Assembly: GCA_037447605.1 (NCBI GenBank)
Contig: CM074806.1
Coordinates: 2,232,001 to 2,296,000 of the forward strand
Length of the DNA stretch: 64,000 nt
Direction: 5' to 3'
Origin: Zygnema circumcarinatum SAG 698-1b
Lineage: Eukaryota > Plantae > Zygnematophyceae
Numbering within the stretch: the first letter of the stretch is position 1; each line of letters begins with the position of its first letter. Of this stretch, positions 1-13,088 are shown piece after piece. The notes beneath the pieces are model-generated. The model was not told where the DNA came from and did not search any database. It saw only the letters and a list, made by a program, of their open reading frames with translations. The translations under genes were made by a program, and so were the position numbers.

Positions 1-3000
1 GAATGCCTTTCCTTCTTTTCTTTCTGTCGCCTGTCATCTACATCCTCTACCTCATCAACACTCCTTCTTTGCCTATCTTTCTTCTCCTTCTTTCTGACAT
101 CCTCAACCTCCTCGTCATCTTCAGATTCTGCCTTTCGAGTTTTCCGCTCCCTTCGTGGCTTCTCCTCTTCTTCATCCTCTGAGTTAGCTTTTCGGAGTTT
201 CCTATCCTTTCTGCGTTTGTCCTCCCCTTCATCGTCTGACTCAGATTTTCTCGACTTCTTCTCTTTCTTTTCTTTATCCCAATCATTCTCCTCATCTTCA
301 GTTCGACGGTGCCTTCTCCTTCGTCTGTCCTTCCTCTTTCGTTCTTCATCTTCATCATCTTCATCATCATCCTTATCTTTCCGATGCCGCCGTCGACTGC
401 TCTTCCGACGCCGTTCCTTCCGTTTGCTTGGCTCCTCATCCTCGTCAACATCCTCTTCGTCTTCATCTCCATCCTCCTCTTGTCTTCTGTGCACGAGGCG
501 AATGAGAGACATAGAATAAGTATAGATTTCCTTTTCAGGCATTTCCAGAACGCAGAGCTTCAGCAACCAGAATATACAGCTGAAGCGTCAACCTCTTCTT
601 GAAAGATAATACTGAGCCAATGCCAATGGTTCCTTTCAGCTACCAGAGTGCAGATACCTAGAGCTAGGTTGAATCAAACAACACAAGACAGTAAACGAGA
701 ATCCCATGCCAAATCCACAATCAAAACTCGCCAACAACAACAACAACAAGCCATGTTTGGCAATGTCGACAAACTCCAAACATAATTTGTTCAAACATTG
801 ACAAAAGCAAACACATAACATTAGATTGGTCGTGAAAACAGAGCTCACCCATGACGCTTCTTCCGTTGCCTACTCTTCCTTTCTCGACGCTTTTCATGCT
901 CAACATCATCTTGAGAATCGTCACTTTCTTCACTGTCTTTGCTTGTTGCTTTCTCCCTATTGCGTCGGGACTGCGGTTCAATGATCGCTTCAGAACCATC
1001 GTTCGTATACCCCCCCTTTTTTGCTACCCTCTCGTCATTTTTCTCTCTTTCGCTTTCTTCAAAACCCCTAAGCCTGTCTGTAGTTCTGCGCTCCTCATGA
1101 TCCTGCTCTGCACTCTCTGAATCTTCATCAGAAGTGTCCTTCTCACCTGCATTCCTATCCTCGTCTACCTCAGTCTTCCTTTCAGCCACTTTCCTTCCAA
1201 CCAGCTCATCATCCTCAAGCTTGTCTCCCAATTCTGGACTATCCAGGTCATCGTCATGTTTCTTCTTCAACTCCAGAGACCTATCTTCCTCGGCTCTTTT
1301 GAGATCATTAATCCTTCTCTCATTCGCTGCCCTCTCTACTTCCTTCTGGATTTGCTCCTTCTCCAACCTCTCCTTCTCCTTCAATTCCTGTTCTTCTCGT
1401 GCCCGTTCCCGCTCCCGCTCCTGTTCTTCCCGCTCTCTCTCCCGCTCTTCCCGCTTCCGCTCCTGTTCTTCCAATACTCGCTCCTCCAGCTCCCTCTTCT
1501 CCCTTTCCTTCCTCTCCCGCTCTGCCTTCTCTTTCAGCAACTTCTCTCTGAGCTCTTTCTCCCTCTGTTGGGCCTTCAGATCTTCTCTCCAATCATCCTC
1601 TTGCTCGTCATCCTCACTTTCTTCCTCAGTGTCATCCTTGCCATTTACACCCTTCTTCTCTTTGTTCAAATCTTTGCGTCTAATTCTGCGGCCTTTGTTT
1701 CCATCGTCATCATCATCAGCAACTTCGCTTCCGGAATGCTCGTTATCTTGATCTACCTTCGGGGCATGTGTGCTTCCCACTTCCTTCACTTTCCCATTCA
1801 GGATATCGTCACCGGCCAGATCCTTCTGGTAAGCGGACTCTTTCCCAGCATCAGAAGTATTGTCCTTCTCTGCTTCAGAATCAGACTCGCCCTTCTCTCG
1901 TACCTCAGGGCTTTCACTTTTGCTTGGGCTTGATCGAGACCTGGATCTGGATCCAGATCTCCTGCTTTTTTCCACATCGCCGTCCTTCTCGTCTGCTTCA
2001 TCATCGCCCTCCTCCTCGTCGTCCTCCCCCTTCCCCTTACCTTTAACCTTATCATCTTTATCTTCTAGAGTCTCTTCTCGTCCTTCATCTCGCCTTGGAC
2101 TCTCTTCGCGAACTTCCCTTGACGAACCCCACCGATCTCGATCTCTGTCTTTCTCTCTGTCCCTCTCTCCTCTGTCTCGCTCGCTCTGTCTCTCTGTCCC
2201 TCGCTCCCTTTCGCCCCTTTCGCCCCTTTCTCTCTCTCTTTCTCTGTCACGATCTCTCTCTTTTTCTCTTTCCCTGTAACTATCTCGGGCACGATCACGA
2301 TCACGATCACGATCGCGATCACGATCCCTTTCTCTCTCTCGATACCTTTCTCGATCACGATCAACATCCCTGCGCACAAAAAACCTGTCTCTATAGTCTC
2401 GATTATCCCGACGATCTCTGTAATCACGATTATCTCTGCGATCGCGGCTCCTGCTCCGAAAACGAGATGCATCCCTGGAGCGAGATCTGGAGCGTCTTGC
2501 ATCTCGCCTGAATCGGGCAGGTGAATGGGATTTTGATTTTGATCGACGATCCCGCCGGTAGCGAATGGGGGACCGGGACTTTGATGGTGATGGAGAACGC
2601 GATCTGCACGGAATAGCCATAAAAAACAGTCATCAGGACTCTCTGGACAGAACTGCTAAACTCAAAAGGCTAGAATGTTTTTAGGCGGTTGGATATACTA
2701 TCCGAATAGCTGAAAATTTTGAACAATTTAATAGCCATAAGTGCTTGCACATGTTTGGCCGGGAAGAACCAAAGAAAATGCGCACTTACTTGCTTTTCTC
2801 ACTTTCACTTGCACTCCCGCCTGCGCCAGGACTCTTCAATCGCTTGCTGATCTCCTTTGCTCTTTGAGTTGCCATTTCAGCGGCAGACTTGACTGTCGCT
2901 GCTCGGGCGGCGGCCTGCTGCTGAGCCATAGTTTGCTGCATGAACAAGGCTTGTTGAAATTGCAGCTGCTGCATTGCCACGGCTTGCTGCATCATAATTG

Positions 3001-5027
3001 GGAGCGACGTTCCACCCATTCCAGACACAGATCCAGGCATTCCTGAAAGTCCAGTAGCACTCTGCCTGGTCTTCACTGCCTTAGCAAGCTCAACTTTCAG
3101 AGGGCGATCTCCTACAGACATGCCATTCAGAGCTATTGCCGCTTTGGCTTCCTCAGGCTTTGAAAACTCAATGAAGGCAAACTGTTTGGAATCGCTTCCA
3201 AACTTGCACTTGGTTACCGTTCCGCAAAACGCAAACAGCTGCTTCAGCTGCTCAACCGTCAAAATCGGACTAAGGTTACTGACGTGGAGTGTCCTGTTCA
3301 ATTCGTCTTCGTCCATGTCTCCTGCATCAAAAAACAAGGGTCAAATTCAAACTGTGTATCTTGGAATTCTTCGAACGGCCAAGCCATCAAGATTCAGAGC
3401 GAAAACGATAGATTAGGAATGCTCTAGTAGCCCGTCGGAGAAAGTTCCACGTCATGTTGATTGTGTAAACTTCAGCTGCCTTCCTTCTGTCAAAGAACCC
3501 CTGTCAAGGAGAACGAAGCTGCAGACAACTCTGCAACACTGCTAGACTCCTCAAGACCAAGGAAAGAATGCATGGAAGGAAGATGTGTGTTTTCTACAGT
3601 GCAAGCGACAATAGCCAAGCTATGGAATCCAACTGACTCCTTACGCATCAGGTTAACCCTGGAAAGAAAAAAAAAAACACGCAAGCTTCCCAAAACTAAA
3701 AGGCCCAATCTGGTCAACCATAGTCGCCTTGGCAGGCCAGCACATCGCACATCCCTGCATTCATGCAAAGACAACAAAAATTCACTGTTGATGCTGGACA
3801 ACAAGATGCCAGGAAAAACAACAAACGAGTTTCTGACAGGCAAATGCCAATTAGTTCGATTCAGATGACACAGGAGTCCATAGGCAGCCTGCGCACTCGA
3901 CTGTTTCCTCGCACAGAAAGAAAACATCACATCCACAACGCTTACCACAATCTAAACTTGATCACACAAGCCGGTTGAATTAAACCCTGTGAAGCAAATA
4001 AAAACGATTCTCTCAAAGAGACAACGGCGTTACCTAACAAATCGTCTCCATCTTCCCCTGAAGGATTGTTTTGTGCTTGATGCTGCTGGGCCTGCTGAAA
4101 GGCCTGGGCCGCTTGAATGCTCTGTGCAGCTGCCATCGCAGCTGCAGAGGGAGCCATTGGCATGTTGCTCAGACCTCCCATGGTACTCCCAGCTGCAAGA
4201 GCAGCAGTGAGGGCGTTTTGGGGTGGGTGATTGTACTTGCAATCAACACGCACACATCGACCATTCAGATAGTCTCGGCAAACCTCACCAAAGCTCGCGC
4301 CGAGGCCCGGAAGAACAGCACCACCGGTCGCACCAGGCATGATGCCTCCCATCATCCCTGCGAAGGGACCTGAAAACATTCCTCCCATCATGCCCATCCC
4401 AAATCCAGGCGACCCCAAGCCTTGCATGTTCGGCATGTTCGGCAAATTGGGCGAGCCGGACGCTAGAGTGGGCAGGGTAGTCAAAGGGCCATTGGGACCG
4501 CCACTAAAGAAAACAGGAAATGGGCTTCCCATGATCCCCTCGCCGTTGCAGTCCACAGTCACTGTATAATCTCCCCTTCTTGGCACTGAGTAAGTTGCCG
4601 TATACGTTCCGTCTGCATGATCCTTCACCACAGCATACTGCTCCTGCCCAATCACTCCTGGTCCAGGCGTAACCTTCACAGTTATCTGCGCTCCTCCGTG
4701 AGGGATTCGCCGTCCATCTGCATCCTTTGTGATGACAACAAAAGAAGCAGCTGAACCCGCTGCTCCACCTCCGACTCCTGTTCCAGCAGCGGTACACTTT
4801 GCAGGATAAACAGGCCCTATGGGCTTCTTCTTCAGCCTCTCCTCGTCGTCGTCCTCGCTCTCCGAATCATCTCCAGCAAGCGTGCCGTCCTCGTTAGGGT
4901 TGTCCTGGAAAGTCGCCGCGAACGCAGCTTTCGCCGCAGCAGCCTTTTCTTGCTCCTCCCTAAGCTTAGCGTCTTCCTGCGCCTTCATCCATGCCGGCTT
5001 GGTCAGGGCCACTCCTCGGCCCGCCAT
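1..5027 (-). CDS. Filamin-repeat + CCCH zinc finger + RRM + RS/RD-rich RNA-binding (splicing-factor-like) protein, 3' partial. Exons 5027-4034, 3321-2790, 2603-849, 486-<1
   Basis: Filamin repeat (SFVVITKDADG...DGTYTATYSVPRRGDYTVTV...GSPF), CCCH (CRDYLNGRCVRVDCKYNH), RRM (RTLHVSNL...FAFIEF...LNGMSVGDRPLKVE) and long RS/RD/E-K tracts. GT-AG junctions keep frame at all three introns. Architecture matches the plant RRM-filamin (SREK1-like) family. Confidence 0.9.
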
Positions 5028-6648
5028 GGCAGCCCACCCACTTTCCTGGCAGGTTCAGCAGTTCGCCAGCCCTCGCCCTTCAACCCCCCTCCGAGTCTGA
5101 GCGCTCGCGCTCCCGCCGGAACCGGTTCGGTCCGTTCACACGTGGGACGGGCGTCGTTGTCTTTGTCCCGCGCCGAGGGGGGCCCAAGAGAACCGCGCGT
5201 TGCGGACTTCGCGGGCCTTCCCCACTGCGAGCCACAGTCGAGCATCTGCCAATGGCGGCGCGCCACGTATGCGATGGTGCTCACGTGGCGAGACGCGATT
5301 GGAAAATACTTGACTATGCCAACAGTTTGCGATGGTAAAGACAAGGGATTTGGCATCGAGTCGGAGGGGAGGGGTTGAGGGCGGCCCTGCTTGCGGTTTG
5401 GATGGCGCGCATGTTGTGGGTCGTCTGGGGGAAACCACGAGCTATCTGGAGCAGCATGTTCGATGGGAGGCTTGCACCAAAACTCGAGTTGTGTTGTGGA
5501 TCGCAGCCAACCCGCGACATGGCGCCTCTATGGAATCATATGACGGCTTCATCGGTTCATTCTACGGTCGCACAAATTTAAAACGGAATCTGGTCTGCTA
5601 ACGCGGGGAAACAACGTCGTCTTTTTTAACTCACGTGATAATCACGTTATGCAGCACTGAAGGTTTAACGCCAGCATGAAATGGTTTGCTAGCCATGCAC
5701 GAACTTTTATATTTCCGATCAATTCTCGCCGCAACAGACACCATCCGCGTTGCTCTAGACAGGTTCTTCTAAATTGGCCAATCCTTTAACTCGGCTACAC
5801 GAAACTCTGTAAAAGTGCAATTCTCTTCTGGAATTCTGATCGTTCGTGCACGCACAACAGTACCTTGACTCGACCCGTCAAGACTTTGCTCTTTCGAACG
5901 CCTTCAATTCACCCCCAGTTGAGCTGAGCTGACCAAGAAGACAGTGACTCCATGCACGACCTCGTACAGCCGATCATTCTAACTTCCTGTACAGAGTCTG
6001 TATAGATGTGCCTACAAGAATGTAATGTGCAGAAGCAATAAAGAAAATCCAATTCCAACAGCAGATCATGAGCACTGTTCCTTCGCCTGCTTATTTAAAG
6101 TTAAACCTTCTCCCGTACCCACAGCTCGCAAGCATCAAAGATTAGCGGCGGCAGGCTTTGGCCACACACCCCTGCTGACAAGACAAGCCGATTTTCTAAT
6201 CGAAGCAACATGAAGGCAAAGGGCAGAGTCGTAACAAATCCACCGTACAAGGCACACGGTTTTCACTCCTAAAATCTAAAGCTAAAAAATTACAAGTGAA
6301 AGGAGAGAAGCAACAACGATCCAAGCACGCCTTTACTTCTGTGGAGATGATGGAATTGAACATTTGGTATGGGCGGCCTTTCCCTGCATCTACACTCGGA
6401 CAAACACTACCCGTACATTACACTGCGCTTGTCCTGCACTGAGCAATAGGACATCATTTCTTTGTACACTGATTGGCCGCCCCCTTCCTTTCATCGAGAC
6501 GGACCGCCGCCCGACCGCAAGTACACACTTAAAACACAACGATGGACCCTGGGCCGCCAACTGCTCTGCACACCTGGCGAGACCGCAACCACTGGCAGCC
6601 CATTCCAAAGACTAAACGTGCTGGCCTTGAAACTAAAGCTTCCTGACA

Positions 6649-9600
6649 CTAAAACTTGCATGATGTGCCGAATCTCTTTGCACTCATGTTATTCATGCTC
6701 CTGCGGCGAACTAAAGCTTCATCCAAAAGGTCTTTCACTATGTCGAGGTACACACTCCATGTCTGCTCACACATTTCCCCAAACACGAGCGCTCCATCCT
6801 TCGGAAAGGCCCTCCGCAGCTCTTCCTCCTCTTCACTGAGAGCAGGACCAAATCCGGAGGCCTTCGAGGGATAGAATCGGCTACAAATAGAGTGAGCACT
6901 GCGGGAGAACGGCGTGTTGGGGACGCGCTGAACTGGGCGTTGAGGAGAGCACATGCGGCTAAGGCGGTCGAAATTTAGGCTACGGCACGTGGAACCTACA
7001 TGGGAGGAGCGAGTCCTCTGAGGAGGGTTAGACTTGTACTGGCTTGCCAAACTTGGTTCTTCCATGTGAAATGGCAAGTCAGATGAGTCCTCCGACGGGG
7101 TTGACGAGCGTTCGTCTTTACTGAATGGCCCGGCCTCGTCAAACTGAAGGAAAGGCGAAGGAGTGGATGGCTGAATGGAAACTGGGGAAGATGCAGCTGA
7201 TCCATGACCTGCAAAACCTGCTGGCTGCAGTGCAAGGGGCCCGCAATCCCAGGCATCTGATGTTGCCATTGTCAAGTGCGTGCCAAATAGTCGAGTTGAC
7301 AATCCAGAATGTCGGTCCCTCATGGTGAGTGTAGACGGCCTATCATCCTCTTGGTCCATGTCGAACTCAAACTGCTCCTGAGTGAAGTAGTCGTCATCAG
7401 TATCGAAGTCGTCACTTGGGCCATCGGCGTCCCCATACGGAAACTCTCCAGATTTCCGAAGGGCCTCTAACTGATGTTTCGCAAGATTGCACAATGTTTC
7501 TAACTCACTCGCTTCTTCGTCCATTCCGCGAAGTTCTCGGCTCAGCATAGAGCCAATATCCGCAAGAGTGAAGCCTGCCGCAGCAGCACGCTGCAGAACA
7601 GTGGTGGATAAAATAAGGACGCGTAGGCAGCCTTCTCTGAGCATTGGTAACTCTGCTCGAAGCATCTCCACTTCTGAATCAACATCGAGAGCAGCGATGT
7701 ACTCCAACTCTTCATGGGAAAAAGGCAGAGATGCCTGCAAATATCCCCCCACAGTCACACCACAATTTATTCAGTTTTACAACTCAGCACCATGTATGAC
7801 AGACACAGACACACAATATTGCAGGCACAATAGCTAACAACTACGGTCGCTACATGTTGAACACCAGAAGACACCAGAAGACTCGCAACCACGTCAGGAT
7901 AAACACAGAAAATTGAATACAACTTGACCATGAAAAATCTTCCAAAAATCCATTTTCCAGCTTGCTTAGTGTCCAAGATAAACCACAATCCACTCCGTCA
8001 TGGTTCGCGGAAAAATATTTCTTACAGTAGCCCTTCACAAAACAAAGAGCCTCTCAGAGGAGACTTTCCCTTTTGAGCAAGAAAGGAACTGCATGGTTTT
8101 CGGACAAAAAATTGACCTGAGGCCAGTGCAACCATTCAAAATATGCTGCCTCGAGTGTTTCAGGAAGGCAGAAGCCATGGTCGATTGGAATAAGTTCCAC
8201 AGCATCATCAGCGTAACGCTTCGAGGAAGTCCAACCTACACCCGCCTCTGCTTTATCTTCCAACGTCTTGCGCACCAGAATGTTACCTGCAAAAAACCTA
8301 ACCCACACAAATGAGAAAACCGGTGACACAAATACACCATGACGAAACTCTTTCCAAAGGCATGAAAAGTCTTTAAAACCGAAGCACTTCAGATTACCAT
8401 GTGCCTCTAACTGACAAAAAAGTCAGAAAGAAACGATCAGTGGATAAATCATTATCAAATGAAGGAAATTTAGGACAGACAAATGAAGAGGGAATAATCA
8501 GTGCCTGACCTGAATGCCTGTCGGTATTGAAGAGCCTAATGTCCAAAATCCCTATGCGGTGTACAGCAGATACTGGAAATTGAGAAGTGCCATGCTCACT
8601 GGCATCGAAATCGTGCTTTACGTATTGCTGGAGAGAACCAATCTTGGTGGGAGGTCCATCCCTGTTTCCCTTTACAGAGTCGTCATTTACATTGAACACA
8701 GGATGAGTTGCCTTCACAAGAGCGGTAAATGGAACGCTCGCAAACCTATTATGGTCCAACAAATATGCCACCACTTCTCGTACTCCAGCTTCACCGACAC
8801 GGATTGTGCGTTTTAGGCCTGGCTGACCCAAAGACCTACCAACATAACCATTTGGATTGTTAGGTGCAAAGGGCTCTTCGTCAGTGGGCTTCACAATTGC
8901 TATGCTCTCCCCTCTCCGGTTTCTAAAGTAGTACGCTCCTCCAAGGCCGCCCTTTGCTGGCACAGGTGATACGCCAGCTTCAAGGGCCTTCACAGCTTCC
9001 CTTAACAATCGCTTCACTTGCGGGCAACAGTTCGTTCCTCCCACAACTTCGATAGGCTTCCCTGTATCCTTGCTGGGCTGAATCTGGACTGAAGGTGACA
9101 GACACGGGCTACTGCAACTTCGGGAAATCCCCCTAGTAAGGAGTACAGGGGAGTCTTTCCGCACTTCGCTCAGGTCTTCCACGATATGCCCTCCAAACAC
9201 GAGATTTGATTGCTCAGTTGGAAGTGCAAGAGCGACTTGGACCACCTTTTTCACCTTGCCAGCTGTATCCGCTCGGTCCAATTCAACGTCAAGCACATCC
9301 CCACCGTCTGTCTGCACAAAGATCCGGCGTCTGCCAACTTGTCGCTGATACCTGCTCGAACTGCCGAACAAATCAGGTACATCCACCGGTGACTGTACCT
9401 GTGCCAAAAATGAAGGAAACACTGTCGTTGGCCATTGCTCATTCACGCAAACAGGCAAACACAATGTCAATCCATGTCAACTTTAATCAAGATGCTCAAC
9501 CGTTGCGATGAACCTAGGCATACATTGACGCCTGTAGCACAGCAATGGCCAACCGCCACAATTTCTGATGCACACATTACCAGAATCATTTCATTTACAA

Positions 9601-9819
9601 CTTGTGGTAAACAACAGGAGCGCTACAAACAAGCGCCATATACACTACGCCCTCGAAACAACTGCAGGCATCATTGAAAAACCTTGTTTCATCAGGCTAA
9701 AAGAACGCAATGCATCCTCGCTCATCGTACAGTTCAGAGAAACAAACAAACAATAGTGAAGTCCAGCGGGAACGCGAGTAACAACTTACCTGAACAGGTC
9801 CAACAACATGTGGCGGCAT
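6649..9819 (-). CDS. PI4KG: Type II phosphatidylinositol 4-kinase gamma (ubiquitin-like domain + kinase; PI4Kgamma5/6/7-like). Exons 9819-9790, 9398-8510, 8286-8117, 7734-6649
   Basis: UBL (RIFVQT...EQSNLVFGG), GGLGGAYYF, AIVKPTDEEP, GEAGVREVVAYLLD, GSLQQYV, DIRLFNTDRHSGNILV, LIPIDHGFCLPE and the C-terminal RFGTSCKF typical of the plant gamma5-7 clade. Junctions are in frame. Confidence 0.93.
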
Positions 9820-9875
9820 CGTCACCGGCAGGATGGAGAAGCAAACTGATTGCTTCTCTCACCACTTAAATCAAT

Positions 9876-10415
9876 CTACAAACTTTCGCGAAGCAGACTT
9901 GCCCAATTGCAGCTCAGCAAATTTCCTTGCTGAAAGACTACACTTGTCAGATGCCTCCCTTCGAGCCCCTCCCTGCAGCTCCAGGACTCGTCCGTCTGCT
10001 GCAAGTCGTGACTTGACAGAAGCAGAGGAAACAGAATGCCTTTGCACTGCGTGAATTCTTGAGATGAACATGAATACCTGATGATAGCTGTCATCAATCC
10101 CTCTTAATGTGGGCCATTGTTCTCCACAATAACTTTCTAAGAAAATAACCTCCTACTGTAAATATGTCGTTCGACTGACAGCATTACACAGATCTCCTGA
10201 TGGCTGGAGAAGCCGGCGTTAAGTTCTATGCCATCAAGCGATCCTTCAATCAATAATTGCCATAATAACACGGGATCTCCGAACCTTCACCACGAATTTG
10301 TTGAAGGAAGCAATTGCTCCTGGTAGTATGGAATTTCGTAATTCACCAACAGCAATTACCGGAAAGAAAACAGGGAGGTAATGGAGCCTTACGACTCTCC
10401 CGTTCCCACAGACAT
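9876..10415 (-). promoter_or_regulatory. Spliced 5' leader of PI4K-gamma containing two long overlapping uORFs
   Basis: Acceptor at 10077 opens the exon carrying the main ATG (9819). ATG 10071 opens a 66-aa uORF ending at 9871. A donor near 10392 could join ATG 10415 to a roughly 74-aa uORF ending at 9876. Confidence 0.5.
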
Positions 10416-11322
10416 CTGAACGTCACGAATCACATCAAATACCCCGTCTCCAGTATCTTGCTCCCTACGCTTCTGCCTCACAGACGACCGACAAATTAGC
10501 AGGAAACACAACCTCCTTCCCCTTCCTTCCTTCCTCCCTCCCTCCCACCACCACCTCCTCCACCTCCCTCCTCCACTCAATCCTCCCTTACGGCCTCCCT
10601 CCACCTCTCCTTAGACCAGCACGCCTGCCATCCGCGCACTCCTAACAACGTGCGCCTGCAAGCCTTCAAGCCTCCGCCATTCTCTCTCTCCCCCAATTGC
10701 TCTGCGAGGTCGGGCGTGGAGTTAGGCGAGCGCCGGCCTGCCAGGAAGAGGGGCGGAAAAAGTACCGTCCGGCCGAGAAAGACCGGAGCCCGCCCGCCCG
10801 TCGTTGTGGCTGCGGCCCCGTGTGAACATCCCCCGGCGGGCGCGGCTCTAGAATAGCCATCTTGTCGTCTTGTCCACGTCACATGGAAAGCCCGCAGCGT
10901 CGTCGCCGTTCCGTCAGCCGATCTCGCCAACCGTTGGGCTGCGCCCATCCGACGGCTCAGGACGGGCTGCCAGCGCTGCGGGCGGCGGACAATCGCGATT
11001 TGAAACGAGAGGCGGACGGAGGGTTCTGTCTGTGTGAACGCTTCCACACACAGTGTGAACGCCTTTTTCAGCCTGGTCGGGCCCTTTGCTCGGCTGGCCC
11101 GCCCGTCAGGGCTTGCGGGTGACTTGCGGTGTCCGCTAGCGTGACGTGGCGCCAGGTGGCCGTCGGATTCTGACGCGTGCGACAAGGCGCCTTGCCACTT
11201 GCGCGGGGCCGTACGGCGCCGCTGCGGGCCGGGCCGGGACGGGGTAGGGATGGGTATTATTATAACGAAGGGTTGCCTTTTGGAATGCCAATCAAAAATT
11301 ATAAAGTCAGGCCGTTTTGTAA

Positions 11323-12333
11323 GGAAAATTCTTTTCTCACACCTTTTTTGTCTACACACAGGCCTCTTTTCGACGGGCAGATTTTAAAATAGCACAAAAA
11401 AAGAACACACCTTTCACACCTTCTCACCTTTTTTTTTTTCACCATTTTTTTCCCACCTTTTTGAAATCGATACACACCTTTCTCCATCGGGCAGATTTTA
11501 CCCCTTCTTGTTTTTTTCAAAGAAAAAAATATCGGCCTGCCCGAATCCACTCGGAGCAGAAGATCCGTCCGCCACGAGATCGTTCGCGGGTGGCCGTCCT
11601 TCACACGTGCAGAAACTATACACCGTCGATTCTAGAGCAGATCACACCACGGCAGATCACCTTTCGATGGGCTCGGTTCCAGCGAATGGCACACGCCCAC
11701 GTGTCCCACCCGAGCAGGCTCGAGGTCCGTACACAGATCGTACGGTCGCAGCTTCGAGGAAAGTCTAAATTCCTTACATTGCGAGCTTGAACCAATCACC
11801 ATCTGCCGCGTGCTCTTTTTAAACGTGGCAAACTGTGATTGGTACAGGCACTCAACTTTAATTATTACGTTTTTTGACTTTCCTCGAAGCTGCGGGCGTA
11901 CGCCTTTTGTACGGTCCTTGGAGCCGGCTTGGGTGGGACACGTGGGACAGAGCTCGGCTGCTGATCGAACGGTGATCTGCCATGGTGCGATCTGCGTGAA
12001 TATCGACGGCGGAAAATTATTGCACGTGTGAAGGACGGCCACCCGCGAACGATCTCGTGGCGGACGGATCTTCCGCTCCGAGCGGATTCGGGCAGGCAGA
12101 TATTTTTTTCTCTGAAAATAAATGATAAGGAGTAAAATCTGCCCGACAGAAAAAGGTCTCACGGCGCTCGGCCGCTCAGGACTAGTAGCGTGTGTCGATT
12201 CCAAAAACATGTGAAAAAAAAGGTGAAAAAAAAAAAGGTGTGAAAGGTGTTTTCCTTTTTTGTCTATTTTAAAATCTGCCCAACGAAAAGAGGTCTGTGT
12301 GTAGACAAAAAAGGTGTGAGAATAGAATTTTCC
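11323..12333. mobile_element. About 1-kb foldback non-autonomous DNA transposon (GGAAAAT termini, 8-bp TSD TTTTGTAA)
   Basis: The arms are reverse complements over almost the whole length, e.g. GCAGCTTCGAGGAAAGTC / GACTTTCCTCGAAGCTGC and CACGAGATCGTTCGCGGGTGGCCGTCCTTCACACGTGCA / its inverse. TTTTGTAA occurs at 11315-11322 and 12334-12341. Confidence 0.88.
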
Positions 12334-12955
12334 TTTTGTAAAACCACTTTTATGTTGACCGTACAATGGTACGAACGAAAGGTCGTACGGCAGCCTCTCT
12401 GACGGGCCAGCGGCCAGCGCCATTCGCAACGCCAGAAACTAACCTAAATTGAGGTCGACAACCGTACGACCGTACGTGCTGTTCAATTCCGACGGTCGCA
12501 CGAAAATTCTGAAAGTGTTCTAAATCAATGAAACTTAAACTTTTGGATAGTCGAACGTTCTAATATTCGGGCCCAAATCGCGGGGTTCAGCGCCCCAGAG
12601 GGGGCCGGTTCGCTCTCTCCCTCGGCAGCACCGCGCGTCGCGACACAACACAACACAACCTGCCGTACTGTTGACGCGAACCGACGCGACTCCGTCGATT
12701 TGGGTCGCGCGACTCGTGCAGAACTTTGCAGCAGACGGGCAGCCATCGAGTGCGGTGAACCGTCCGATTTTCAATCGGACAGCTCAAAATCGGTCAGGAG
12801 CACCTTAAATTTCCAGTTTGCTTGCCCTATCCACAAACCACACAACCCGATTTTTCGACCCCGTGCAAGGGATGGCAAAAAAGTCCGTACAAGGAAGATT
12901 TAGATTTCAAATCTGAGCCCGGAGGGGCAGGGGGGCTGCACCTGGGGGTGGCATA

Positions 12956-13088
12956 GGGGCTCAGACTAATGAAATTTGACGAAAATGGAGAGTTACGGTA
13001 GTACTCCTCTACAGGGCGATCGATATTTCACTGGAGTACTCGTTCCGGTTTAAAATATACTGACGTTTTTGTTTAGTCTGCGACCTCC
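12956..13088. mobile_element. About 135-bp TA-flanked MITE, copy 1
   Basis: Imperfect TIR GGGGCTCAGACTAA / TTAGTCTGCGACCTCC flanked by TA. Shares internal motifs (GAAATTT-ACG, AGTACTCC, AGTACTCGTTC-GGT) with the copy at 56318-56450. Confidence 0.6.

Noticed and set aside
47-2511. Ser/Leu/Phe-rich plus-strand ORFs and alternate-frame ORFs
   Set aside because: They are antisense shadows of the R/E/D/K-rich coding strand. The same applies at 32358-32854 and 62028-63511.
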